Shown piece after piece: positions 12,253 through 24,970 of a stretch of 64,000 nt of DNA. Within the stretch, counting starts at the first letter, position 1. Each line of letters starts with the position of its first letter. The stretch spans positions 6,031,151-6,095,150 of the forward strand of contig NC_057750.1 of the NCBI RefSeq assembly GCF_004010195.1. Reading direction: 5' to 3'. Both the position numbers and the translations under genes were made by a program. The notes beneath the pieces are model-generated. The model was not told the origin of the DNA, searched no databases, and saw only the letters and a program-made list of their open reading frames with translations. The DNA comes from Chiloscyllium plagiosum (Eukaryota).

Positions 12253-12420
12253 TACCTCGACTCAATGTGGTCAAACTCTGGTCTTGGTTCTAAGGTAACT
12301 AGGGGATGGACAACAATTGCTGACCTTGCACATTTTTCATAAATAAATTTGAAAAGAAAGCTACTCTTTTCATTCCCATAATGAGGAGCTGAAACCTGAA
12401 CACAGGTTGAGGTGACTACT

Positions 12421-13040
12421 TGTAGTCAGGGGCAACCATTTAACAGATGCTCTTAACCTAGATGGTAACAAGATGGCTTCTCGGTGCAAATAACATGACA
12501 AAATGGCTTCTCGGCTGCAAATTGACAATTCTGCTAAAGCTGCATAAAATGGCTTTTAAGTTACTAACTGCTAATTCTGCTTTAGCTGCATAAGTGATTA
12601 ACCACAGTCTGCTTCAATAGAGGTTAGCACACCATGCGCCCTTTAAAGCATAGAAATAACTTGACTAGATATGACATTGCTAGCCATCCTTAATGACCTT
12701 CGGGTCAGGTGCAGTGGCTCGATTCGTGAGATAAGGGTGGCCTTAGCGTTGGAAAATAAAGTTGGTTCCCAGGAAATATCATTAGGCCAAGTAACTGCCA
12801 AATAAAGTAGTGTCGTGTATGGATTGGTAATCGTTTGAATGTACTATGCGATCATGGCCCTTCTTTAAGAAAAGTATAAAAATGTCTTTGTTTTAAATCA
12901 TGTATGCAGCTCCTCTGAGGAATGCAGAAGTGCTCAACTTGTGTGTTCCCGGACGCTCTGGGCCAAGCATATGAAGAAATCAAGAGTGAAGTCTTAAAGA
13001 ACCAGACTGATTGTGTGTGTTTATTGACCGATCACGGAAC
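12421..13040 (+). mobile_element. Candidate solo LTR (ERV-like)
   Basis: Starts TGTAG; tandem enhancer-like repeats; ATTGG ~12823, TATAAAA ~12876, GT-rich tail ~13010. No clear TSD or CA end. Confidence 0.45.
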
Positions 13041-14768
13041 CGAGAGCTTTCAAAGCACTGCTCCTTCATCAGGCAAACTTTCCCACGTGGCCCATTGAGC
13101 TTGTGCCAGTTCTTTGAAGTTAGTTCAAATTGTGGCAGTCCTCCTTGTTCCTTCTCCACGACTGCACCATCATCTTCCCTTTAAGTAACCTATCCAATTC
13201 CCTTTCGTTAGCTGATCGATTCTGCTTCTACTGCCATCTTAGGTAGCACATTCACGATCACAGGTGATGTAAGAGAAATCCCATCTCCCCTCTCTGGTTC
13301 TGTTGTCAATGATCTTAAATCTGTGTTCACTGGTTACTAATCCTCCTGCCAAGGCAAACATTTCTCCCCACCTTCTCTTTCAACACAGAGAAGGCAATGC
13401 AGTGGGGAGACCACAAGGCAGTGGGATTAGGTTTGAATTGTTCTAGCACAGAGCTGGGGGGTGACAAGACTGGCCAAATAGCCTTCGCCTGTGATAGATT
13501 AATAATTAGTAATTTTTAAAAAACAAACTTAGACTCTATTTGAGCCAGTTTGATTCTAGAAACTGACTCTTCTGAGAAAGTATTACTTTTTTAAAAATTC
13601 ATTATCTGAATGAGGGTGTTGCTAGCCAGACCAGCATTTATGGCTCTTCCCTAATTACCCAGAGGACAGATTATTATTTTTTTTTTTAAAAAGAGTCAGC
13701 CACACTACTGTGGGTCTGGAGTCACGTGTAGGCCGGACCAGGTGAGGATGGCAGTTTCCTTCCCTGAAAGGACATCAGTTAACCAAATGGTTTTTTTCCA
13801 ACAATTGGCAACCGATTAATGGTCATTATTAGACTCTTAATTCCAGATTTTTATTTATTTTAATTCGAATTTCACCTTCTGCTGTGGTGGGATTTGAACC
13901 CAGGTCCCCGGGACATTATCTGGGTCTCTCGATTAATAGTTAAAGGCAGCCATCGCCATCCCCATATTTATAACACGTTATTGTCGTTTGGGAATTTATT
14001 TCCAAAGTGGAATTAAAATGGAGTTATGGTTTTAGTTCTGTGAAGGTCTTTTTTTAAAAAAAAATGTCAGACAATCATTTGTCGAACAGTGAGTTTGAAA
14101 CACCCTTTCCAAGCAAACGTCTGAATTAAGTTAAATGACTAGCAAACCAGCTGGGGAGATCATGTTTTACAAAACTGAACTCTTATGATCGACAGAGGTA
14201 GATGGCCAGGGATCTTAGGCAGTTTTGAGTTCAGAAGGAAATACCCATTCTAGCAGAAGGGCAGTTTAATACTTGTGGAAACTGCAGGCCATGAGAGCTC
14301 AAAATTAGTTTTAAACTGTCATTACAGTTCAGTGAGAAGAAAATAGCGATTTAGCCCCATGTCTTGTGTGTCACAGGGATAGGTGGAGAAAACTACATTG
14401 AGCTGGTGGAAGGAAATGCTTGTGACCTCATCAGTCGAGTAAGAAATCTCCAAGTGGAGATAGAAGCGATCGGGGTTGTAAAGCATATTGCTGGGGGAAA
14501 AGGACTGACCCTTTCTTTTTGCTGTTGCTGAGAAGTTTCTGTTCAAATTTGTTCCAGCACATTTTTTCCCCACTTGCATTCTTTTGCGTAAAGTGCATTA
14601 GCAGTCTCATGTGAATATTATCAGTAACTGACAATACTAAACAAATTGCAAAATTAATACAAAAGACGAACTCTGTTGAGCCAGGATACACTCTAGAAAC
14701 TGACTCTCCCAGTATTACCATCAGCTGGAATCATAACTATAGAAAACTATGTTCTTTTGAATACTTAC

Positions 14769-14947
14769 CAATAATTTGGCGCTGAAAACACAGTGATACA
14801 TTTGCCGTTATGTGTAACCTCATAGCCGTCTGGTTTCACCTCATGGCTCCTGATGATATAATCCAATTTATTCTCTTCCAGGAATCGGCTAGTGACATCT
14901 GGACCAAACTGGCAGCTGACGCCACGCTTGCTGACTGACCTCCCGTT
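14769..14947 (-). CDS. PPP5C: PPP5C exon 11 ([59 protein letters not shown])
   Basis: ttctag| acceptor, |gtaagt donor, 179 nt; RSHE and SAPNY motifs. Confidence 0.97.
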
Positions 14948-16080
14948 CTAGAAAAGGCAACGGAAATGGGGACTTTCACTCAGGGCAAAAACTAGAGCCA
15001 TGAGTGACGGAGCACGGAGCACCAGTTTGGTGTCTGGGTTTTATTGGTGCAGCCAATTGAGAAAACTGTGTCTGGTGCAGCATCTCGAGAGGCCTCAGCT
15101 TGAACCATCACCCTAGCTCAAGACCATGGCATAGTACGTGGAGTAGAACATTCGGCCCCTTAAGTAAGGTCCATCATTTGATATGATCATGGCTGATCTT
15201 GGGCATCAACGTCACTATCACATTTACTGTCCTTGATTTCCGAAGACCAATAATCTGTCTATCCCAGCTCCAAACATATTCAACAATGCAACATCCACAA
15301 CATCTTGGTGGAGAACTTCAAGATTCACCACCACCTGTTTGAAGTAATTCTCCCAATTTCAATCCTGAATGATCAGCCCCCCTTATCCTGAGACTGTTTT
15401 AGATTTCCCACACAGCAGGGGGGAAAAAGAAAAATCACTGCCTATCCAATTGAACCTTTACGGATTCTTGAGTCCACTGCGATTGCCTCTTAGTCATCTG
15501 AGCTCCTGAGAACAGAGATCAAATTTAGCTAGCATCCGCCAATCAATGCATTTTGTTTAGCAACGTCAAATTGGGTGGATGTTGTGGGTGTCTCAATGGG
15601 TTAGAACATAAGAAATTAGAGAAGGAGTAGGCCATTCAACCCCAGGAACATGCTCTGCCATTCAATGTGATCATTTCTGATATGACCATGGCCTCAATTC
15701 CAGCTCTTCACAGTCCCCAAACACCAAAAAAAAATCACATTATTGAATATCTTCAATGACTGAGCAAAAGTTTGAAATAGAGATCCCCTAACTTCACTAT
15801 TATCTCTGGCTGATAATAAATAACCAAACTTGGTGTTCCACTTTGTGCTCTGTCCATTAAATGAGGTGACTCCACTAACTGCCCTTTCCAAATGTCGAGA
15901 CACACAGAACTCAGAGACAGCAGGCCACTTGCCAAGATAAAATCCCATCCATCTTCTTAATTTATGACCAAAGCTTTGACGATCCCTAACCCCACATGTT
16001 CAGCAAAATATGGTCCAAGTTTTTAAAAGATAGGACACCACTCAGATCCGAAAGCAGTATGTCGGAGTCTGAACTCTTAC

Positions 16081-16121
16081 CTGAGGCTGTGGATCTGACC
16101 AGAGCAAATCACACATTGGAC
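16081..16121 (-). CDS. PPP5C: PPP5C exon 10 (GPMCDLLWSDPQPQ)
   Basis: caacag| acceptor, CAG|gtaaga donor, 41 nt; DLLWSDP motif. Confidence 0.96.
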
Positions 16122-16159
16122 CTGTTGCAAAACACAGGAAATGAGAACAATTAAAGACA

Positions 16160-16478
16160 GAGCTGCACAGCAGGGAAAGAGACCCTTTGGATCAACCCGT
16201 CCATGCCGACCAGATATCCTAACCTAATTCATTCCCATTTGCCAGCACTTGACCAATATCCCTCTAAACCCTTCCTATTCATATACCCATCCAGATGCCT
16301 TCTAGATATTGTAATTGTACCAGCCTCCACCATTTCTTCTGGCAACTCATTCCATACACACACCACCCTCTCCGTGAAAACGATGCACCTTAGGTCCCTT
16401 TTAAATTTTTTCCCTCTCACCCTAAATCCATGCCCTCTATTCTGGACTCACCCCACCCCAGGGAAAAAGACCTTGTCT
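16160..16478 (-). mobile_element. CR1 LINE 3' end
   Basis: RVVCVWNELPEEMVEAG...GYMNRKGLEGY. Confidence 0.85.
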
Positions 16479-17021
16479 TGTTTAGAAATGTAGAGAAACA
16501 GTAATAAGCCAGATAATGGAAACCGGAGGGAGAGGACAGCAGGGTGTAAAGAAGATAAATAGCAGGGGGAAAGACAGAAAACCAAGGGAAAGGAGGAATA
16601 AAACAAAACTCAGCTCGTTACATCCTTTCACGTGTAAAAATGTTGCTCAGTTTTATGGAATATAGAAGCCTAATTTGCAACTGAGACAAGTGTGTGTGAC
16701 TGGTAAAGTATACCTGAGCGAGTGAAATGTGTCTGACATGATCAGGTGCGTTATTCAGTATACAATATTCAAGGGCTTAAATTTACCTCAAAACGGCAAT
16801 GAGAATGTTTTATATTTTTATGTTTAATCTTCTTGAAAAACAAAACATAGTTATTAGAAACTGGTCAGCTTAATAAACAAAACCGAAATTACTTTTGTGC
16901 TGCACACCCAAACAAATTAAGGACTTGTCAGGGATTCCCATTAGATTCTGACCCAGGTAGATCACCTGGTCATGGGCACACACTAATCAATACTGATCAT
17001 GCGCAGGTTACAACTTCATAC

Positions 17022-17109
17022 CTGAATCTGGCGGCTGTCGGTTCCGATCAATCTTCTTGATGTCTTCCAGGGTTATACCATCCTCGCTGAAGAGTCCTCC
17101 GTGCATTAT
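17022..17109 (-). CDS. PPP5C: PPP5C exon 9 ([32 protein letters not shown] motif)
   Basis: aatag| acceptor (weak pyrimidine tract), CAG|gtatga donor, 88 nt. Confidence 0.96.
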
Positions 17110-18591
17110 CTATTATACGGTGAATGGAATAATTTAGAACCAGAGGCAAGTTAACTGGAACAGACAGGATTCTGACAGGGCTTGACAGGGTAGAAGCCAA
17201 GAGGTTGGTCGCACTGGTCTCAGAATCAAAAACATGGGACAAAGATAAGGGGCCGATCATTTCAGACTGAGAAGAGGAGAAACCATTTCACGTGAATCAC
17301 TGTGAATTCTCTACCCCAGGAAGTCATACTTGCTTAATTGTTTAAGACTGGGATGGGTTTTCTGAGATCAGGGTACAATGTTCCCTCTAAGTGATATGAC
17401 TACTGCGAAACCCACACACGCAGACAGGCATGTCGGTGCATAGCTTCAGCTTCTGGAAGCTGCTGCTGTACGCAGATCTCAAAGATCCCCACAACAGCAA
17501 GAACATTCAGATGGAATGGTGTCTGGGTGTCCTTGTGCATGAATCACAAAAGGTTATGGGCAGGTACAGGCAAACAATTAGGAAAGCTGCTGGAGCGGGT
17601 ACAATGACAACGTCTGCTGGGTACACGAATAGGATGAGGTTTACAGGGATATGGGCCAAATGTGGTAAATGGGACTCGGTCAGGTTAGAGTATGTGGTCG
17701 GTGCGGACAAGTTGGACAAAAGGGCCTGTTTCTGTGCTGCATGACTGAGTCTAATGGATTGCAAAAGTAGGAGGTCATGTTTGTGCTACATTGGGCACTG
17801 GCAAGACCACATATGGCAGACTACACACTGTATCGAACGCCTTATTTGAGGAAAGGGATGTGATGGAAGCAATTTAGAGCTGCCTTACTGGACTAAGGTG
17901 TATTGTCTAATGAGGAAAAGGTTGGAATAGGCTAGATTTGTCCCTCAGGGGCTGCTTCTGCTGATTATAGTTCTGTTTAAAACAGTAGAAAGTGAAGAAA
18001 TGAATGGGTGGAGGTCAGTGAGGGGGGAGCGCATGGGTGACATCAGTCAGCATCCCACTGGTATGAAATCTGACTGGCCCATAGTGATAATACATCAGCC
18101 CAGCCAAATGGTTGTTCTGCCCCTCAGAGACCGCAAGTCCAGCCCCAGACAACTGCTCGGTAATCCCAGCAAGGCCAGGACACAGTGGTGACCACTGTGG
18201 AACTACAGCAAATTCCCCCTGAAGACAAGATGTCTCCCGGATTTTGGGGATGGAGTTGGTGGGAGATTCCAACAAAGGGTGTGGAGTAGTCATGTTAGAC
18301 AGGCCGGGCTGGGAATGGGAGGGAGGTGATGGATGCTGAATAGTACACTCTCCAACTCATGGGTTTACCCCATCTACTTGATCGATAACACACTCTGTCA
18401 AAGCTGCTGAGGTGCCCTATCACCTTTCTTCTGCCTTATCCTACCGGCTCAGAAATTGGTTAGGAGGCAGCATATTGGCTACTTTCCACCGCCCCCTCAC
18501 CCCATTCCAACCTTCAAATATACTGGCAGAAGGAGCCATAATATCACCCCATTCCATCAGCACCCAACAGAATAGAAAGGTGTCCACTCAC

Positions 18592-18734
18592 CAATACTTT
18601 ACTGTTAATGCACTGAGCCAAAGGCAGCCACTGGAAGACCTCACTGAAGAGCTCAAACATCTGTGATGTGTATTTGGCTTTCACCTCACCCTCAAAGCCA
18701 TACATTTGGTTCATGTTGTCTGTTTCGTGGTTAC
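18592..18734 (-). CDS. PPP5C: PPP5C exon 8 ([52 protein letters not shown] motif)
   Basis: ttgcag| acceptor, |gtgagt donor, 143 nt. Confidence 0.97.
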
Positions 18735-21700
18735 CTGCAAGAGTGGAGAGAGAACAAACTCTACCCTGTGATCTAGGAATGTCATTGTTATTGTCATCAA
18801 CTTATGTTTCAAAAGCCCTTTGGCCAGCTCTCAAAATTTACCTGCAGCCTGTCACTGACCCTACGCAGTGCAGAGTCCATGGAGCACAACCAAGGGCAAC
18901 ACCCATCCAACTGGACCCGATATTTCCAGGTCACACAGGGACAAAGGAGAATGAAAGAAAGTCAGGCAGCCTTCACTCTGGCCCACAGTCTTACCTCAGT
19001 CATCACTGCAGACCCCCAAATCCTTTACTGATCTGGTGCAGAGACACAGTTGGGCTCAGCTACCAAGCTAGCTCAAGGCCAAACTGCAGAAAATCTGAAT
19101 TTGCAGAGACTTCTGTAGCTGCCTTCACAGCCAGCAGATACCGCAAACAGCTGTACAGCCAGTACGGTGTGGTCAGCACTGATGAGGAAACCAATATGTG
19201 TGCACACCAAGCCCCCACAAACATACCCTGAAACGAAAACAGGAAGAGTTGGAGCAGCAGAGATCTGTCAGCATCTGTGGAGAGAAAAGGTTCTGAAGAA
19301 AAGTCATCCTAGACTCTAAACATTAACTCTGTTTCTCTGCCCACAGGTGCTGCCAGACCTGCTGAGTTTCTTCTGTCCTGCTTTTATTTCAGATTTCCAG
19401 CATCCGCAGGATGACATTTTCACCAGATAACCTGTTTTGTGATGTTGATTTTATGATAACAATTGGCCAACACATCAGGGAGAACTCTGCAAAACAGTGG
19501 CAGTGAGATCTTTGGGGTTCACCCGAGATGGCAGATGGGTTCATGTCTCATCCAAAAGATGACCCCACTGACAGTTCAATACTCCCTCAGCACTGCACTG
19601 AGGTGTCAACCTTGATTTTAGTGCTCCAGTCTCCAAGTGGGGATTTGACCTAACATCCATGCGCCTCAGAGATGAAAGAACGACCACTCAGTCAAAGCTG
19701 ACAGTAAAAGGCATTGTATGGCTGCATGGGCAAGATACCAATAGGACAGGAATGCAGTCCTTGTGGCAAAACATTCTGGTGGAAGGAGAATAGATGGAGA
19801 AAGGTAGGGTAGTGACGGTAGAGGGATAAAGAAAAGGCAGCAAAGAAGTGGAACGGATGAAATGACCTCTGATCAGTGGATGCTCTTTTCTTACTTTCAA
19901 AAGATTATCTGAATTTATTCTCAACTAATTGTGTGCTGTCTAATCCTCCTTTTTCAACCCCCCCCCCTCATTTTTGCTCACTTTTGTGCTATTTGCATTT
20001 TTCTCCCCAGTTCTCTGTGTCAGTTCGTCTAATGGGATTAGATTTCATCATGGTGCCAACTGTGAGTCAGTAACTTATTGCCAAAACACAACTGAACACC
20101 AGCTCAATGTACATCAGCTCATGTGGTAGCACTTGTACACAGGTTTAGGATTCCAGTACAGCCCCTCCCCTCCCAACTTTCACAGACTTGAGCACATCAT
20201 CTAGACTGACCTGCCCATGCAAGTATGAAGGAGTGCAGCACAGTTGCACAGCAGACAAACAGAGGTGATTTCTGTCCTCAAGTGAACATAAAATCTTCTA
20301 TGGCACCCACTTGGAAGAGCAGGGGAGTTTTCCCGTGTCCCAGGCTAATGGTTACTATGGATCAGTGTTGCAATGGATTGGTCAAACTACCAGCCTCCTG
20401 TCAAGTATTTAATCAGTGCTTCTCAGTTCATCTAATTTCATAACTACATACTATTTTGTCTCCTCTCATCCCTTCTCTCTGCCCTAACTTGAAATACTCC
20501 TGTTCAGTGTTTAGCTTCTGTTTCAAACGCCCAGTGTGTGGGCCAGTAAACACGATGAAATATAAACAGGTAGCAGCTGCCAACATTTAAGCTCTGCTCC
20601 CTCAACAAACTTATCCGCCAAGTCCCCTCTTATTTCTAGTTACCGCCCTTACTTGGGGACTAGAATTTTCCTTCGCTCCATTTAATTTCTCTGATTTGCC
20701 ACCACTTTCAGTTAACTCCCGTGCTTGCCAATTTTCTGGCTGCTACTCTCTGTTTTTGAAGTGGGAAGGGATGCTTTCCTGGCAGAAAGTGAGGACTGCA
20801 GATGCTGGAGATCAGAGTCGAGAGTATGGTGCTGGAAAAGCACAGCAAGTCAGGCAGCATCCGAGGATTTGTGGGTCCACAAGCCTCATTCCTGATGAAG
20901 AGCTAGTACTCCAAATGTCGACTCTCCTGCTCCTTGGATGCTGCCTGACCGGCCGTGCTTTTCCAGCACCAGACTCTCAAAAGGGATTCTTTTTTGCCTC
21001 TTGTGGACCAGGACTGTTGCCCGTCCCAACAGCTGGTCGGAATCTTCCTCACTTATAGAATCAAGAGGCAGTCAGGAGGCAGCCAGTTGTCTATTGTCTG
21101 TGCAGGCCTTCTACAAGGGAGTAACTAAATCTCACCATCTCTGCAAATTTCTTCCCTTCAGATAATTACCAAATTTTCTTGATGTATCCCTGGTTATATG
21201 GGATATCTTTTAGAGGAAGGTTCCAGGGCTCAGGGAGCTGGAGTGAAAGGGAAACTGTCCCCTGAACAAGAAAAAAAACCCATTTAAGATCAAAGGGTCA
21301 AGACATACCTTCAAAGAAAAACTGATGAACTTGATGGCTCACTGAGTGTGGGCGCTTGGTGTGCACAAATTGGTTGTGTTTCCTATGGCACAACAGCGAC
21401 TACATTTCAGAAGTATTCCATGTGCTTTAACGGGCTTTGGGGTATCCTGAAGTTAAAAGAGATTGCACAGCAATGCAGGTTTTGGGGCGGGGCAAATTGT
21501 GCAGTAGACTATTAACCCACAGGGCCAGGCTATTCCTCTTACAGACGTGGGTCAAACCCCACCATGCCAGTTGGTAAAATTAAGATTAAGTACTAAGATC
21601 TGGAATACAAACATCATGGTGACCATGACAACCAACAGTGATGGGAGTTTAAAAACAAAACACCTGGTTCAATAATGTCTTATAGGAACAAAAAATCCAC

Positions 21701-21882
21701 CATTCTTACCTGGGCTGGCCTACATGTGACTCCAGACTCTCAGCAGTGCAGTTGACTTGCAAGTACCCTCTGCCGTGGCCATTCAGTTCAAGGGCAATTA
21801 GGGATGGGCAATAAATGTACATCCCGTGAAAGAGTAAAACAAACAGTTCTTACAAAAGTATCACAGGGAATATAAATCTTAC

Positions 21883-21988
21883 CTCTGAGAACGTGGAAGT
21901 GATTTGGCAAAAGCAGCTTAAACCCAAACAGGACTAATATAACCTCCACAGAAAATGACCCTCGGTCTACAAAATCTCCATTAAATAA
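21883..21988 (-). CDS. PPP5C: PPP5C exon 7 ([35 protein letters not shown]; GDxVDRG motif)
   Basis: gttcag| acceptor preceded by the U12 branch site TTCCTTAAT; GAG|gtaaga donor; 106 nt. Confidence 0.97.
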
Positions 21989-22028
21989 CTGAACAGCACG
22001 CAGATTAAGGAAGAAGAACTGAATTAGC

Positions 22029-22670
22029 AACGGAGAACACCGGACAACGGAGAACACCGGACATCGGAGGACACCGGACATCGGAGGACACCGGACATCG
22101 GAGGACACCGGACATCGGAGGACACCGGACATCGGAGGACACCGGACAACGGAGGACACCGGACATCGGAGGACACCGGACATCGGAGGACACCGGACAT
22201 CGGAGGACACCGGACATCGGAGGACACCGGACATCGGAGGACACCGGACATCGGAGGACACCGGACATCGGAGGACACCGGACATCGGAGGACACCGGAC
22301 ATCGGAGGACACCGGACATCGGAGGACACCGGACATCGGAGGACACCGGACATCGGAGGACACCGGACATCGGAGGACACCGGACATCGGAGGACACCGG
22401 ACATCGGAGGACACCGGACATCGGAGGACACCGGACATCGGAGGACACCGGACATCGGAGGACACCGGACATCGGAGGACACCGGACATCGGAGGACACC
22501 GGACATCGGAGGACACCGGACATCGGAGGACACCGGACATCGGAGGACACCGGACATCGGAGGACACCGGACATCGGAGGACAAACACCGGACAACAGAG
22601 AACACCGGACAACAGAGAACACCGGACAACAGAGAACACCGGACAACAGAGAACATCAGACAACAGAGAA
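22029..22670. repeat. 17-bp CpG-rich minisatellite (ACCGGACATCGGAGGAC)n, ~37 copies
   Basis: Direct reading; 17-aa periodicity in all three minus-strand ORFs. Confidence 0.97.
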
Positions 22671-23129
22671 CACAAAGGCAGGGAGCAACAACAAATATAG
22701 TGCGAGGTTCTGTGAATGCACACTCGCATCTCCAGCCCCCCAAGCTGTTTTATATTCGTGATATTTCTAGTAGAAGTCCTGTAATATACGCTGCCCATGG
22801 GAAAGACGATCCAGAATCCCATCACAGCAATTGCTGAGTATTTGCTGCTTTGTTGGGTAGCTTTTACAAAGGTACAGAGGCCCAAGGTCTGAACTGAGAT
22901 TGAGCTGTCACTCTGTTGTCCTGTTCGGCTTATGAGAAGATTTGGAATTTGGACAAACAACATATTGTTGCACCAGTACCACTGAAATCCATTCTCCGAA
23001 AAAAATGGCTCTGTAAGGCTTAAAGACAGTAACAGCACAATATGTCCTGAGGGAGTGAAACCGAATCCAGTGTTAGATATCCAGGTCTCTTTAAGGGACA
23101 ACAAAAAAAAAATTAATTAACTCGCTCAG

Positions 23130-23770
23130 ACTTTTATTACACACCCCTGGAGCAGGCTAGATGCGAACCCAGGCTTCCTGGATTAGAGGCAGGGTCACTA
23201 TCATTGTTTCATAAAGGCCCACCGAAGGGTCAATAAAACATCTATTTTCTAACCAGCGTGTTCAGAGATGTTATTACACACACCTGCAGCAGGTGGGACT
23301 TGAACCTGGCCTCCTAGTCCGGGGTAGGGACATTGCCACTGCACCACAAGAATGCCCGTAAGGGTCAATGACAAAACTATCTTTCTCATCAACCTGTTCA
23401 GAGATGTATTACACACCTCTGGGGCTGGTGGGACTTGAACACGGGCCTTCCAGTCCACTGGCAGGGACACTACCACTATGCTAATAGAGGGCCCCCTGTC
23501 TCTCTCTAAATTTTAAAAAATGTTATCTCTTTGTCTAATCAAGCTGCTCAGTTATATAACCACACACCTCTGTAGCAGGTGGGACATGAACTCTGCCTTC
23601 TGTGCCACAAGAGAACCACTACAGGGGGCAACAAAAAACAGCTCCAGAGCTGACTGAGCACAGGTGATGTTTGTTGGATTTCTCACAGGGCAGTGTTCCT
23701 ACCTCTGAGCCACTAGTATCCCGGTTCAAGTCTAACCTGCTCCAAAGCCATGTCATACATGTCTGAGCAG
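23130..23770 (-). repeat. Tandem cluster of short tRNA-like SINE units (4 minus, 1 plus)
   Basis: Repeated A box TGGTGCAGTGG and B box GTTCAAGTCC on the minus strand, ~135-bp spacing. Confidence 0.65.
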
Positions 23771-24659
23771 GATACTGAAGAATATGTACAAGTGAACCAC
23801 ACAATGTTGGCCAGTTCAGAAAGGAAAAATGGAAACTGGCGTTTGTGCGAAACTATAGGCTTACAATAAAACCCTTGTAAATCCCTGAAACTATGTGGTG
23901 CCTAATTCAACTTGTGGACATCGGCTTGTTAAAACCTGGAATTGGACCAGCCAGATAAACAATGGGCTAAAACAGTATGTCAGAGGCTGAGAATTCTACA
24001 CTCAAGTAACTCCCCTTCTGAATTCCAAAAGGCTGCCTCTCATATCCTGGTCTCAATCAAGACTGTGATGGAGTACTCCCACTTGCTCAGGAGAGTACAG
24101 CCCTGACAACATCTAAGTAGCACAGCCACCAATCAGGAGCCTGCTTGACTGGCATCCCATTCAACACTTTAAATGTTCACACCCTCCAGTGATAGCAATG
24201 TGTACCACTTACAAAATGCACCATAGTGACTCACCAAAACATCTTGGGACAGCACCCACCAGAATATAGGGAGCAGAGGAGTAGAAACACCACTACCGCC
24301 TGCTCAGAACCAGGCACCATTCTGACCTAGAATGATATCACCATCAGTTCAGTAACATTGGAACAGAGTCATAAACCCTCCTCCAGAACAGCACCATGGA
24401 TGCCTCCAGATCCCAAGGATTGCAGTGATTCAGGAAGATAGCTCAGCTTCAAGTGAGAGTTAGGTATGGGAAAGGACTGTTAGCCTTGCCAGAGATGCCC
24501 ACATTCCATGAAAGACTGCATTCATAGAAATCTTAGTCAAGTTGCTTTGGCCTCACAAACCCAAACATGTGTGGGGAGAGAGGGAGAGAGAATTGTACTC
24601 AACCACTACATAGTGTATGTTATTGTCTTACACGGTGGATGATAAAGGAATGGCTTGGC

Positions 24660-24970
24660 TTGGCATGGTGGTTCAGTGGTTAGCACTGATGCCGCAAGGT
24701 GCTAGGGACCCAGGTTCAATTCCCCCCCTCAGGCGATTTTCTGTGTGAAGTTTGTACATTCTCCCTGTGTCTGTGTGGGAGACCATGTGCTCCGGTCTAT
24801 TTCAACAGTCTGAAGTGGATTGGCCATGCTAAATTGCCCATGTTGTCCAGGATTGTCCAGGCTAGGTAGATTGGCCATGGGAAATGTAGGGTTACATGGA
24901 TAGGATAGGACTGGGTCTGGGTAGGATGCTCTTCAAAGGTTTGGTGTGGACACGATGGGCCGAATGGTTA
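24660..24970 (+). mobile_element. tRNA-derived SINE (HE1-like)
   Basis: A box TGGTTCAGTGG, B box GTTCAATTCC; same body. Confidence 0.8.

Noticed and set aside
18668..19231. 187-aa + strand ORF
   Set aside because: Antisense to exon 8 and intron 7, no recognisable domain or splice support; probably chance.
21788..23104. 438/239/213-aa Cys/Pro-rich ORFs
   Set aside because: Produced by the 17-bp minisatellite; only 21883-21988 (exon 7) is coding.
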